64,000 nucleotides of DNA from Paraspadella gotoi (Eukaryota; Animalia; Chaetognatha). The stretch's first letter is position 1. Each line of letters starts with the position of its first letter. Below the pieces are notes generated by a model, which was given only the letters and a program-made list of their open reading frames with translations, was not told where the DNA came from and made no database searches. The DNA lies in the NCBI GenBank assembly GCA_051294375.1, contig CM119268.1, positions 3,375,856 to 3,439,855 of the forward strand. Direction: 5' to 3'. Shown here piece by piece: positions 29,043-43,676 of this stretch. The translations under genes were made by a program, and so were the position numbers.

Positions 29043-32000
29043 AATTTGAATTTTGAATTTGAAAAAACAAAAAGTGCGAGCTTTAGCTTGTACTTTAAAC
29101 AGCCCTAAAAAGCTACCTTACTTATGATTTTAAGTATTAATAGTTTTTTTGAGTTTTCATGGTACGCAAACAACTGATCAATCATATTCTATTGGTCAAT
29201 AGGCTATGGGCTCTTTTCTAACTCACAATTTAAGCAGAACATTTTTGTGAAACCCGCATCCCACCCCAACAAGCGTTCTATTGCGTGATACATTAGTATA
29301 AACAGTATTAATCGCCAATGTTATGATAATACTATCAAATAAGATGTTTAGTTTTTAATTAATTCGTTTTATTCTTTGTACAGCATATATTTTTTACGTA
29401 TCATTAAGTGGGATCATGCTTGCTGCACTCCAAGGCAATATTTTGATTCTATATGAATAGGGAAACTATGAAAGACTTTAATTGCTCGTAATTGTAATTT
29501 AAAAATCAAATTTTTCCCAGGCATAAGAACCAGCAGATAAAAACATGCGTGCATGATGAATATAAAAAAACAATGAAAACTACTAGTGATGAAAATGTTG
29601 ATGAACTAATTTAAAATTATCTCCGCTAATATAACGAGAAATTCTATTAATTGCCCTAATATTTTCGACTTTGCTTTAAAAAATAAGTCATTATATGGGT
29701 TGTTCCATGTAAGTTTCTGGTCAATTGCTACATCCTAGAAAGTATACTGTGTCACAAACAGGGATTCTCTCATTGAATAAAAAAGTTTCTACATCATAGT
29801 TTTTTAAAGAAGGACATCTTGTAATAAGGATACATTTAGATTTTGCTGGGCATAGCTTCTAAAAACCACGTGTTGCCACCATTCCTTCCAGACGATGAAC
29901 GTGTTGCTGTAGAGATCTACGACGCGCATCTAAGTTTCGTGAGACTGACCATGCCAGAAGAGTTCATCGGCATATTGTGAGCGCTATTATCTATGACCTT
30001 TGCTGTCTATAGCGTCGTTGTTAGTGGTTGGTTGGTGGCATGAAATAATCATTTGTATAGCAAGCTCGTTAGATAGGTTAGATCCTCTTATATAGAACGC
30101 CAAATAGTTCTGGACTTAGGACTGCCTCTGTGTTGCTGCAGCCACACAGAATGTCCAATCAAATCAGAACTTTCCTTCCTCGTGAAACAACACGAAATTT
30201 TCTATTTGTCAAAAATGTAGCGCAAATTATTTTAACATGCCACATTATGGTAGTTTAATATTGATTAATTTGTATATGAGACCTTGTAGCAAATGTTGTC
30301 AAAAGCATTTTGCATGTCTAGCGTGACAAGGATTTGTTCCACCTCTATTTTGAAACCCAAAATGCGCATCTTCAACGAGACGAAGTATGTTTTCAGCGTG
30401 CGGAATCTTCCTTTTTTAAAACCTGATTGTAATTTCCGCGTCTTTTGTTCTATGTTAAGCATCATAATTAAACCTTGGTAAAAACAAGCTCTTTCAAGCA
30501 AGCTACCCGAGCACAGAAAGCAGGCTAATTGGTCTTGCTAATTTCGAGCGATTGGTTGAATCTTTACCCCTGCTTAGGCAATTACACGGATATTGGCCAT
30601 TTCCCAAGTACGCGGGAAGTAGCCAAACTTGAAAGCAAAGAGCAAAATATGGATGAAAGGCATTTTAGATTGTATGAGGAAAATTTTTTAACATTGTTGT
30701 GAGTAATTCCATCATGTCCGGTCTGTGCAGCCATCTTGTTTTCCAAAGATTTTGAATTAGTCTCATGAATATTTAGTGGGCTTTAATGTTGTCTTTAATA
30801 AAGTCATTAAATTCTGGGTCATCAAAAACATTTCCTTCACCCGGTTGCAAGAATGTTTGAATATTCACGATTTTTATCTTCCACAATTTTAACCCACTCG
30901 CTCATTTCCTTGGAGGGACTGGAGTTTGCCCATTATGGATTCAGATTCGCAGCAATCGCAATTTTTCCAATTTGCCCTTTGTGTCTACTGCTTGAGTTAC
31001 CGTCAGGGCCTTTTAAGCATAGCTCAGGTGGAGATCTTTCTTTGAGGTTGGTTTATTTCATTAATAAGTTTTCCACTTTTTTTGCCTGCATCTCTTTCGC
31101 TAAGGATGTCATTTTGCTTTTTACGAGTAGTGATTCACTTAAAAGTCTTTTATTTTATATTATCGAATTTACGACATAAGAATTGAATTCTCCTTTCAGA
31201 GTGGATTTGGAAATAAAACCGAGTTTAGTGGATCTCAAAAATTTTTCTTCCAAGTAACCTTTTTCTTTTTGATTCAAATTTCTTAAATCTGGTGCTTGTG
31301 CACGATATTATTATTAAAGACTTTCTGTTTTTGTTTTTGTTATTTGTTTGGGTATGCATTATTTTATGATACTGGGTGAAACTTCCGCTGATGGTTATAT
31401 CCAATTGATCTTTTGAGAGAGATTTCTTTGAAAGTTTATTAAGTTGTTATCAAGCTGTTTTTTTTCGGAAATCTGACCATGTTGTTTTATTTACATAACA
31501 TTAATTTCTACTTATTGGTAGGGACTTTTGTTGGTGATCAATATAGGTAGATGGTCGCACCGACATCTTCAAGAACATGCAACAAAGGATTTTTCTAAAA
31601 ACTTATTTAAAGTGAGAGCTATAAATCTAAACGTTTGTTACCCCGGTAGACTTACTGATGTTTAGCGTTGGAAAGTTGTTATTTAAGCAGGTTTAGACAA
31701 AATTTGGATTAAAACAGGTTAGGAGTTGTTCTCCCTGGCCGAAGAATCAAATCTGCCCCCCAAGCCTCCTGTATGGGATGATTGAGATCACCTATGAATG
31801 TGCTCCAGGACAACATTTCGTTTAATTCAGATAAGTTTTAAAGTTATAAAAGAAGGCTCATTTAAGTTTTCATTAGGATGATTATATAGAGTGCCCAAAG
31901 CTATAAAACTTTTCTTTATCTTCAATAATTTTCAATTATTAGCTTTCATTTGGTTTGGTTATGGAAAATTTTTATTTCTGCAGCAGGGAGATGCGTCTGG

Positions 32001-32900
32001 AGAGGCGATTAATACACGCCTGCAGGACGTAAGAGATGAATTAATGAAAATGTTATAGTTTTTTTAATGCAAAAAATGGTCTTTTGAACAACATCTCTAT
32101 ATCATTGGCATACCAAGAAATAAAAATATAACTCTTTTAAGATTTTCAATTAATTTAGGAGCATCGATAAGACGTGTTTGCCGTCTGCCATTTGTATTAA
32201 GATGCTAAATTGCAAGTGGCTAAAATTTGAGAGGGCCATTGTATCAATCCTTACGGTGGTCGACCTTGATTTTCCTTTTTCGTGGCATAGCTGTAATCTT
32301 CTTTCATTTTCTGAACTTAGAAGCCACCCATTTCTTGTTCTTTTTGCCCATTGAAGAATTAGTTTTGTGATTGCCAGTCATATCTCCATCCAATGCCCAA
32401 TCGATCTATAACCTCTTGGGTGCGACAGTAGATTTTCAAAATCGTTATCTGCAGTAATTTGTGGAATTTTGTCTGTTTAAAAAAAGAATTCGTTGCCCTT
32501 TTGGAATTGTTTGCCGAAGACAGGTCACAGGCAATTTTGCTATTCTCTTTGCCCTTACAAGTTTTTCAGTATCTTGCATCGATTTTTCTCTTATTTCATC
32601 TATTGACCTTGTTTACTGAAGCTAAAATATTTTCTTTAGATACTGCTCTTCCCACCTCCCATATCATTAAGGACTAAGGATACGCAGTGCACAGATGTCT
32701 TGGCCATGTCATTAATGTGAATCTTTTTTCAGTGTTTCCACTATTTATTTTGTACAACACTGGAATAGCGAGACTTCTGGCTGCAACTCGGGGCATGTGA
32801 GTATTAGAGATAGTACGTTGCTGACGACGTGCTTCTTAAGAAGAGTGGCCGGCAAGATTTTGAATTGGCAGGCATAGGCGGCCACCACAGTTTGACACAG
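29043..32900 (-). mobile_element. Disrupted non-LTR retrotransposon (LINE; APE endonuclease + RT, Cys/His-rich ORF1 remnant; Jockey/I/CR1-like)
   Basis: Minus-strand motifs in the expected order: FIGDLNHP (~31775-31798), CDHLPI (~31542-31559), GHDGIT (~30702-30719), LDMQNAFDNI (~30292-30321), SVLSP-like VLSPELF (~30101-30124), FLG…DQKLTW (~29705-29745). (TTCAAA)n-like 3' tail at ~29043-29063. Absent from the paralogous (GA)n site at ~42130-42380. Confidence 0.85.
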
Positions 32901-32974
32901 CAAGAGAGAGAGAGAGAGACGAGAGAAGAGCAGAGAGAGGGAATAGAAAGAGAGAAGAAAGATGACGAGAGAGA

Positions 32975-33011
<37 letters not shown>

Positions 33012-36000
33012 AGAGAGAATAGAAGGAGAGAGAGAGAGAGAGATGAGAGAGAGAGAGAAAAGAGAAAGAGAGAAAAGAGAGAGAGAGAGAGACAGGAGAG
33101 AGCAGAAGAGAGAGAGAGAGAGAGAGAGAAAGAGACATTGTTTCGAGTTTCGCATAACAGTTTTCTCGAATTGGCCGTTAACCTGTTTCTTTTTTATATT
33201 CAGCCTCAATCGAATCTCATCGCTTAATTCTTTCTCCTCCTTTCGCCCTTCCTTAAATCTTCCTCCTCTTCTTCTCTTTTATTCTTTCTATCCTCCCTTC
33301 CATCTCCTCTTTTTAATCCCACCTTCCACTCTGCTTTTAAGTTTTAACCCCTTTACCACCCTACTTATGTATAATCAACTTCCACCCGTCTCCCACCCTG
33401 ATTTAACCACTCTCTTCACCACCTCACCTCTTCACCCNNNNNNNNNNNNNNNNNNNNNNNNNGCTACTCTCCTCTCACTAACTTTAACAGACTATAATTT
33501 TACATTCTCCGCCGACTCCGCGGTTTTAGGGCGGTCCCTTTTTGAAAAACTATTTTCAAAAATTTTTTTTTTTAAAAATATTCCTCTCAACTACCCTCTC
33601 TGTCTTTACATCACCCAAACTCCTTCTTAACCTCTAACCTACCCTAACCTCTTAAACCACCTCCAAAGGACTAAATCCACAATCTTAACCTCTAAAACCC
33701 TTGTCGTACAGTTTAAAAGTAACGACCCTTTAGCTCGAATCTTGGATTTATTCGTTAAAGTCAATTTTATTTATCCACCTACTGAAATGCTTCTGTTCCT
33801 GCCTGAAATTAGAATTTCGCGCAGCGTGAGCGCCGAAGCTTCTTCCAAAAATCTTCAAATCCCGTGGGCGGACCCTACCAAAGCTGGTCCACATCACTCG
33901 CGTTCTTCCAACCTCTGCTTGACGACACACAAGCCGTCACTGATGGACCCCAAACGCTACTCTCCCGTGTCGCTCCTCGTAAACTGTATTATGCGATCGC
34001 AGAGAGAGAACTCTGAATATGCTGGTTGACGAAAGAGAGGACACAGAACGAGAGGGGCACGAGCAGAGTCGAACCAGTGATGTTTGGTGATGCAAGGAGG
34101 GAGGAGAAGTCACGGAGATAGCGAGTATACGAGACGCTACGAGGAGGATGAGAGAAAGCAGGGGAGAGTGGTTGGTTTCTGATAAGGACGATGCCTCGCG
34201 GGAAATAGACATAACAACTGAACCAGAAAGAAAAGGGTGAAACGTAAAGAGTTATTTCCACGAGTGGCCACAGAAACGTTAACTATATAGATAAGATGAT
34301 GAAATGGAAAGAAGTTTTCGACTTTGTAACTCACTCGGTAAAAAACTCGTCGTTTTGGAAAGGAACGAAAACTCCACTTCGCTCTTATCTGCCGGAAGAA
34401 CGCCTCCGTTCGGAAACAGCGGGTGATTTGGAGGAGGAAAGAGGTGAGGTAAATAACACCGAGAAAGCGTGTCCAGACAAGAAGAATGGAGTAAGAGAGC
34501 AGAGTCCCGACTTAGTTGCAGACGAGCGAGAAGAAAGTCTCAAGCGCGAAAGGGAGATAAGAAAGTAATGAGAGAGAGAGAGAGAGAAGAAGGAGAATAA
34601 GATATCGTTGTTAAATGAATTCTATAACGATTGGCGATTGGTATGCTTTCTAACATGGCTTAATATCTGAATGACGCTATTTAGTATGTGGTAACTCTGA
34701 GAGAAGAGACGAAACTGTTCAGAGGTCTTGTGGCTATATTACGATTTTACTATAGTTATAGGTATGCTCACGTCCAGAGTCCAATGGTCGCAGTTTCGAC
34801 GGACGGAGTGAGACGAAGCCGAAAAGATAGTGTGACGAATGAGAGACAATGTTTTATAGACGGAGAGCACGAAGGATAAAGATATTGGATCGAGAGTACG
34901 AGGAGATAGATGACGAGATATGTACAGTAACACAGATTCAAAAATAATGTTTGGACAGTAGTAGAAGTACGTTTTTTAATAAATTCATTCGGAGAACAAA
35001 ACCTGAATTAGTATTGTGATTTTTAACGCTTATTGCAGTACATAGACACTATTAACTTTATCGGCCACAATAGTACATAAGGGATGTTTATTAACATTGA
35101 AAAACTATTAGGTCACCTTTTGTCCTTATAATTTAGTCATTATCAAACCCACACAACCTAATATCAAATCCGACATTCTTCATCACAATACTATCATACA
35201 AACGATAACAGTTCTCTCGGCTATACATCCATAAATTATCCAGATCCGTCCTCGCGAAATAAGTACTTATTCCAGTCCTCCCCTTTATAATTAAGTATAA
35301 AATGCTAAGCATCAATATCCTGATATTGAAATTGAAGTTCGCCTGCATATCTCCAAATCACAAAAATTTCTTGAAGATACTCCTTAAAACTTGAGGAACA
35401 GTTGCATTCTACGTGCAATCCGCAAAGAAAAAATACTTTAGTCAAATCTTTAGCGAAGTTACACTTGATAACACAATCACGAAATCTTACATGTTAACTT
35501 TTTTCAACGGCGCCTCGTCACAACTTTTCAGCTTAATCAATCGCAAATAAAATGCCAAAATAGTTCATAAAAAAGATAACAAATTAAAGGGCAATTATAA
35601 ACCTGTAAATCATTAAAACGGGTCATGAATGCTTTTTTGCTACGAGCGGCGTGTAAACGCATTTCCATTTTTTGTACGCCACCCTAAAATTATTCCAACT
35701 AAAGTGCGGCGCGTCGTCGTCGTCGTCTTCTTCTTCCTCCCTCTCGCATCCCCGATATGGTTTTCGTTAAGACGCATTTGCTTAAACGATGTACATACCA
35801 TTATTTACACCCCTCTCTCTGTTTATCTCAAAGATATCGCTCTCCTCGGATCGAATGTTGGAGCTATAATCCTGATGTCTTCGAAAACTGTGGCATTGAC
35901 GCCAAGCGCAACCGTTTCCTTATCCATATAAAGCGTGTTCTGCATTCTTCAGCGCTCTCTTGGGATCGCAGGTGTAAACTCGCCATGAACGAGCGTCTTG

Positions 36001-36679
36001 ACGACCGATTTTATGGTATGCTACACAGCCAGATGACTTCCTACGATCAGACTTCTGGTTTAGAGGCTGACGTGGCCTTAGCGAGTTCGCAAAGGTGCTA
36101 TCGCAAAGTTGGAAGACTGACAACGAAATCTCCGAAATGACTGATAGCTTTCGACGGGTCGAAAAATCTTGAAGTGAGCTTCTCCTTGATGTGGTTGGAA
36201 CGTGCTCCAGGCTGAATGACCCATTATCCATCGGGAATCGAAGCCAAAAGACATCCGCAGGAAGCCTGACCTTTCCCTTTGATTTCATTCCGACTTCCGA
36301 ACGAATAAAGCGGATATGCTGGACAGACTGGATCTCTTCCTCGCGTGAAAGCCGACTGAGAACCAATTTCTTTGCATTTTCTTTAGCATGGCTGTGTCAG
36401 TTGCGTTGTACTTGTCGTGACCACCGTGTTTTTTTTAGTTCGTGGTACCAATGTTTCTTGATGATCATGATTTGATCATCCAGACATTTTTTTTTTATAT
36501 AAATTTTGGGATATGTATTTAATTTATTAACAACTAGCAGTTGTCGCTAGTACTCATTACTGGCTTTTTTTTTACATTCGCTCGCCAGGATTTTGCGGTC
36601 GTTATTTGTTTTTTGGCTTCTTATCCCCGAGCGGACATAACATGGTGACCAATTTTACAAGCGCCGGTAGATATACCTG

Positions 36680-37755
36680 TGCTGTCATTTGCAAACCAGT
36701 AAGTTATTCATTGATTTAATATATTGCAGCTTGAGTAGATATACTTATTGAGTCATTTTAGTGTTACTCAATATTTTAATTGATCCATTTAAGATATAGC
36801 CTTGGTCAATTTGAGTGGTAGAAAGTTGGCTTGTAAAGATCGGCCGCTTTTATATTTCTAACTCACAACCTCTCTTATAGATCAATTTTTTTCTTACTTC
36901 AGTAAAGTTTTCTGAAAGATTTAAATAAAATAATATTAATATTATTATCTTTGAAAGCCCTTTCAAATCTAACAAGAGAATAACATACTTGCAAATACTG
37001 TACGTATAAAATTAACACGGCCCAGCTAATAATTCAAATTAGGATAGAACTCAAAAACCAGACAGTATTTCCAAAAATCAATAAGCTACATGCAGGGGGT
37101 AAGATTTAAAGATTTCTTAGGTCAAAATTGTGATTGGCTATCCGCCTAAACTTTAATTCAGGCTCTTTCATGATGACTAAATGTTATATATGATTTTGGA
37201 TGAGTTATAGGGAGAGTTTAATCAAGGAAAGTCATCTAGATGGGGAGAGAGGAGAGGAGTTTGAGAATTTGTTAGATGATGTGGAGAGGGAGCTTTTTTG
37301 GACTCTCCTCTTAGAGTTGAACTCAAGGCTGGGCGCTTAATTTTTTATGTTTATGAGTTTTCACACAGGTTTAGGTAATAGCCCGAGTGTCTCGGATTTA
37401 CAGTTTCTTAATAGGCTTTCTGAAGGATATTAAATATCCGATTATAGTGCATAAATTTATTATTAAATATTTGTTTTGTTTAGGGAGAGATGCTTGAGAA
37501 TGTATGAGACATGATACATTGAATTCATATCGAAAAAAACAAGTGACCGTTAATGCTAAAAAATTGAATACCCCTGATTTTTACAAGCCAACTTCTCCTA
37601 ATGTCAATTGGCAAGGCATATCCTTAAGCAATTTGATCATCTAATATAAAATTTGAATACACAGAATTGAGGACTTTCACATAGTTCTACTATAACTAAT
37701 TCTTCTAAAAATCAATAAAAACATTCACCATTTGGTTCTTCCTTGCAAATGTATC
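36680..37755. mobile_element. Probable degenerate or noisy TIR element
   Basis: Inverted similarity between ~36685-36840 (…ccttggtcaatttgagtggtagaaagttggcttgtaaa) and ~37580-37755 (tttacaagccaacttctcctaatgtcaattggcaagg…). The ends are not resolved. Confidence 0.45.
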
Positions 37756-40347
37756 ATTTTTTTTTCGTTATTAATATGTTCCCAGAGAGATTGTTGCCAG
37801 CTCACACCCCTTTTGTTAATAGCGAGAAAAGAATCATTTACTAAAATGCACAACAGTCGATAAATTTTAAGAATGAAAATTCACGAATTTGGCTCAGAAT
37901 TTTAAAATGACAAGGAAGTTGGTTTTCTACTGCAAGCCAAGAATCTATCAAAAAAAACGTTTTCTTTAAAACTCCAAGAAAAACAAGTTAGTTTCTCAAA
38001 TGCTCGTTCGGGCCGCATCTCAACCCAACGTATAATCACCGCATTGTTGGAAAGGTCATTAAATTTTATTTTGAAAAAAACGATTTTTGAAATAAGATAG
38101 AAAAAACAAACAATTCGGAGCTTTAAATTCTCTTCTTAATTAATGTTAAGTCTCTCAATTTTTCTATCTATTTGTAAAATTATTTTCAGTTTCTTCTCTC
38201 TTCACCGTTGCCATTTCACTCTTGTCCTTTTTGCCACTCTCGTCTGGCCTCTTTATGCCATCTCAACGATGAAGGATGGATTTTCAATCGCCAGAAAAGT
38301 TCATCAGAAATGCAAATGCGATTCGTTTATGTCTCGCGGATTCTTACCATTTTCCCAATCCTTTTCATCCCTTTTACTTTCCTCCGGGCCGTTCCCTCCT
38401 TTCCATTTTTTAAAACCGCTTTTCAATCCTTTCATCCGATTCCCTTTTATACTTCCTCAGTCCTATTCGAGCGTTCTCCGGCCTCCGTATCCGCTCCCGA
38501 CCGGTCTTCCATTTTTTACCCCTTTTTCAATCTTTTTTACATCTCCTCTCCCGAGCCGTTCGTCCTGTTCCATGTTTTTAAAACCTTCTGCATCCTTTTT
38601 ACTACCTCATCCGGCACGTTCTTCCCTCCTCCCTTTCATTTTTTACCAAACCTTTTACTCCTTTTACTCGTCATCGTACGCCGTTCCGCTCCAAATTTCC
38701 ATTATTTTTAAACCCTTTTCATCCCTTTCGTCCCTTTTACTTCCCTCAGGCTGAATGAAAATGTTTATTATTTTCTTATTATTTTCTAAATTTTAAAACG
38801 GGAAATAACAATTCTGTTTACTATTACTTACCAAAAACATTTTTTTCAAGCAATTTGATTTTCCAAACAAAATTCTCCAAAATCAGATCTCCACATCAGA
38901 TTCAATCAGATCTCCCACATGAACATCATCTGGATCCTAAAATGACGAGACTTTTTCAGTCGTTCGTTTGCAGTCAAATCGTGATAAAAAAACATTTTCT
39001 CTTCTTTCATGATCACGAGGTGGCGCGCGCACGTGACTATAAATATATTCTCCCTTGCCCCCCGCAGCCTGCCCCCTGTTCCCCCTTTCGTCCCTCCTTT
39101 TCTCTCCCTGGCCCCCCCCTCCCATTTCGCCCTTCCCTCTGCCTCCTACCTCCGTGCTAAACCGCGATTAGATCATATAACCCCCGATATCGCTTCACCA
39201 TTTCTGCCTACGATCTTCGATGGGTGATTTTCACTGCGTTCGACTCGTGATTTATGCCGAGAGAATAAATTCCGATTTCTACATAAAGTCGCTGCGGAAC
39301 GAATTTTCAGTTCCGGTTCCGATGGTCGAATAGATAAACAATATTCTTTGCCTTTCGCCGTTTCTGGGATTGAATTAGCAGCGTATTTGACCGTCGAATG
39401 AGATCTGGCCAATGTCGAAGTGGGGCGTTTTGGGTTTATTTACTTTGGCGGCTTTATATGTTCTTATCGAAACCCGGCGGCGATTTTGACTAAATATTGC
39501 CCTTTCTTCAGTATGTCTTTATTATATTTTAAAAACAAAATTAATGAAACTTTAATATTTTTTTTTAACTTTTCCACAATGAACTCTTTTTTCAATTTAT
39601 CTTCACCACGATACAGAGCTATCCCTTAAAACTCAAGTTTCTTTTATTCACCCCTCCGCGAAGAACGAACGCCGACGTTAAGGGGACCCTGCGCCAACGA
39701 CTTTTCTCTTCTATATTAGTTATTTTCGGGTCATTTTGTGCGATTCCAGCAGTAACTTGGAGATGCCATTAATTGATTGATGCTCTCTTTGATGAGGCCA
39801 GCTTGATGATGCCAATCTTTTATGACCCATCTTTAACGATGCCTGATTAATTCAGGGTCATGATTCATACTTAGTTTTGAGGAACCGATTCATCCTTAGT
39901 TTGTTCAACGAAGACTTTTTTTCGATTTTTCTCCTGAATAAAAGAAAAAGAAAATCTTGAAATGATTTCCTTTATTTAATTTGACGTACTAACATTTTAA
40001 AAACATTATATATTTTCTTTTACTTTTATTTATTTTTTTTTTTTTAAAATAACATTTTTAATAAAAGCTATTCTCGCTACGAAACTCCCAGTCAAATCCT
40101 GCCTCCACGCTGCCGCTCGCTCAGCGACCCCTACCAACCCGCCTCTGACCACGCGACACGCACCTCATACTTCACGGCGAAACAATCTCTCGCCGAGCCG
40201 CGCGTATCATGCTCGGTCTCTTTCCCTCTGAGCCTTGCGACTGATTGATCGATTGATCGCAGAACGCGCCTTCCTCATCCTTGCTTCTCTTGTCTATGCC
40301 TTCTTCTCCTCCTCGTCTCATCTCTCTCTTTCTCTCTTCTCTTTCTT

Positions 40348-40378
<31 letters not shown>

Positions 40379-42630
40379 CTCTGTTTTTTCTCTTATTCTC
40401 TTCTTTTTCCTTTCTTTTCTACATCACCCTTTTATCTCTCTTATTTTTCCTCCATTTTCTTTCCTCTTTGGCTTTTCCATCCTCGTCTCCCGCTCGATTT
40501 TTTCATCTTTCTGTTCTTTCCTTCTTTCTTCTCTCATTTCCGCCGCTCCTCTCCTTTTCTTTCTGCCCTATCCTTTCCCGTTTTCCCTTTCCTTTTTTTC
40601 CTCTTTCTCTCCTCTTTCCGCCCCGTTGTTTCTTAATCCTTCTTCTCTCTTACTTTCTTTCCTTCCTTCCTTTCCTTCCATCCTTTCTCTTCCCTACCTT
40701 CTTCCTTCTTTCCTCCCGTTCTTTCTTCCTTTTTCTCTCCATCCTCCTACTTTCCTTTCTTTCTTTCTTTTTCTTCTTCTCGCTCTTTATCTTTTCTCTT
40801 TCTTTCTTCTCTCTCTTCTTATCCTATCTTCCCTTCTTTTCCTTCCTTCCCTTCCTCCTCTTCTCCTCTCCTTCCTCTCTCGTTCCTTCTTCTTCTCCTT
40901 CCTTCCTTTTCCTCTCCTCACTTCCTTCTTCCTTCTTCCTTTCTCTTCTTTCCTGACTTCCCTGTTTTTTCCTCTCTTCCCTCCCTTTTTCTTCTTTCTC
41001 CTACTTTTCCATTTTCTCTTTTGAAAGGCTTCTTTTCCGCCAATGCCTAAACATCACGCCTTTGGGCGTCTCGTCGTTTTCGCCATGACAAGTCGAGCCT
41101 TAGCCACGTCGGTTACAATCGCAGCCACTTCATCCGACTACAACCGTCACGTTAGTGCTCTGATCTTGGCGTCGCCAATGGTATGATAATAAATAAATAC
41201 ATAGTAAATTAAAAAATAATAAATAAATAAATTAATAAATAAATAAATACAATAAATAAGTAAATAAATACATAATAATAATTAAATAAATAAGAATAAA
41301 AGTACTAAATAATAATAAATAATAATAATAAATAAATAATACAATAAATAATAAATAAGAAATAGATAAATAAATAATAAAAATGAATGATAATGAATGA
41401 ATGAACGAACGCGGACGATTTTTTTTGTATTAAAAAATATTTCATCGCTGTCAGCAATGATACAGTATCATGACATCCTACATTCTCGTTTTCAAAGAAG
41501 TTTTGTCTGGAACCACTAAAATCATCACTAACATTTATTCGTCATTAGTAAATCTTTTTTCCCTGTCGTTTTCTGTGTTTATCATTCCTGATCCAGTTTC
41601 CATATCAATTTCCCTAATCTTTCACTCATCACTTCCTTATCATTTTCTAATAATCCTTTATCACTTCTCTTTTTCCTTATAATCTTTTTATCACTTCCTA
41701 TTTTTTCCCCTGTCACTTCCCTTATCAATTTCCCTAATCACTCCTGTCTTTTCCTTATCATTTCCTCATCATAATTTTCTTCACTGATCCTAAATTCTTA
41801 TACCCCGGATGGGCCGCTAATCATCAAGACACCGGATAAGTCTTTAGTACGTGACAACTCGCGTGGGCGCGGAAATGAGGTTAACAGACGTCTGCTTTGG
41901 GCGTGGCGCCGTGGCGCGCCGGCGTTGACGGCGCCGGTTTATCAAATCGCCCGGAAGAAGATACCGGTACTGGTTGGCTGGTGGGGGGAAGATGAAGGTC
42001 CGGACTAAAATTTCTAAAATTTCTTTTTATCGGATGGAAGATCCGGAAGAGGAGGTTAGCGGGGGAATCCGGGGCGTCGAAGCGTGCCCCCCGAATTTGG
42101 AGACGAGAAGGCTGGATGACGCCAGAAGAAGGAGGTGAGAGAGAGAGAGAGAATTGAGGAAGGAGAAGGAGAGAGAGACGAGAGAGAAGAGAGAGAAGTG
42201 GAAGGAGAGAGAAAGAGAGAGAAAGAAGAGAGAAGAGAGAGAGAATCGAGAGAGAAAAAGTACAGGGGAGAGAAAGAAGGAAAGTAAGTGGAGAGAGAGA
42301 GAGAGAACGAGAGAGAGAGAGAGAGAGAGAGTAGAGAGAGAGAGAGAGAGAGAGACGAGAGAGAGAGGAGAGAGAGAGACATTGGTCTTTCGAGTTTCAC
42401 GCATCGTGAACAGTTTTCTCCCGAATTTGGCCGTTAATCCTGTTTCTTTTTTTTTATATCAGCCTCAATGAACTCCTCATCGCTTATTCTTCTCTCCTCC
42501 TCTCTTCGCCGCTTAGCTTACAATCTTCCTGCCTCGCACGTTCTTCTCGATAGGATTAATTCTTTCTTTCCTCGCTTCCATCATCCTAATTTTAAATCCT
42601 CACGTGTCCTTTCCACTCTCCTTTATGTAT

Positions 42631-43676
42631 TAGGATGGTTAAAAAATAGACACGAAATAATTAACAAATCATAGTGAGGTACAAGCTATTTTTAGTGTAA
42701 TAAAGTCTGTAGAATTCGATGATGATTAACCCATTTTTTTGTATAGTCCTCATCTCATTGTCGGAAAATGGCGATTTTTGCAGCATTTATAGGTGTCTAT
42801 TAAAAATGGAGCAAACATTGTAGTATAAGATAACTCAAATTATTAAGATTTTATAAAAGCCATACTTTAACTTAGCATAATATGCAAAATAAAGACCCAT
42901 ATAAGTACGTTTGGTAAGTTTTATTTACAAATTTATTTATATTCTTAATTAAAGTTCGTATTAGCTAATATTTATCTAATAAATAATTATTAAGATAAGC
43001 TACAATGGAAAAAATAAAAAGAATAAATTTTAAAAACGGCCATTTGAATTCCTTACCAAGAAGTTTGATATCAAAAAGAATCAATCCATTTTAAAAAAAA
43101 TTCATTTGCATTAAAATAGGTTAAAATCATTAAAAAACTGATTATTTTTGTTAATTTTCAATTTTTGGGCTTAAAATTATAGATTTTTTTGTGAATTTTG
43201 GACCAAACTTAATTGACATGTTTTGATATAAATTAATTAAGTTTCTTATATCAACTGTTTTTCAAGAATGCAAATCCAGTAAAAAAATTTTGAAATTATT
43301 ATTTTGTTAACTGTTAACCTAATTTTTACTCATAATTATTTACAAAATATAGTTGAACTAACTTTTTATAAAACATAGAAATTTAAGAATTAACTTACCA
43401 AAATATTTTTATAAGACTATTTTTTATATTTTAAAAGCTCATCATAATTTTATAAAGATTTTAATAATTTTGATTTATCATAATCTATAATGATTTGTCT
43501 AATTTTATAAACAATTTTTATATACATTAAAACCGTTATTTCCGACAAGGAAGGATAAATATAACAAAAATGGTCATCACACTGAATTCTACTAGAACTA
43601 CAATTATCACTAAATAGTATGTATCTCACATAGATTCGTTATAATTTTTATTTTGTATTTTTTCAATCGCTCTAGA
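42631..43676. mobile_element. ~1 kb non-autonomous TIR element (MULE- or hAT-like MITE)
   Basis: ttatgtat duplicated at 42623-42630 and 43678-43685; imperfect inverted arms (e.g. ttgtcggaaaat / atttccgacaa and agaattc…gatgattaacccattttt / aaaaatggtcatcac…gaattct); empty site cttatgtataatcaacttcc at ~33364-33383. Confidence 0.65.

Larger units (their letters stand above)
21290..33437 (+). repeat. Copy 2 of the repeated block (carries the LINE; local sub-duplication 25700-26170 vs 26190-26580)
   Basis: Matches copy 1 over 21290-27520 and copy 3 over ~24420-28860 and 32900-33437. Confidence 0.85.
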
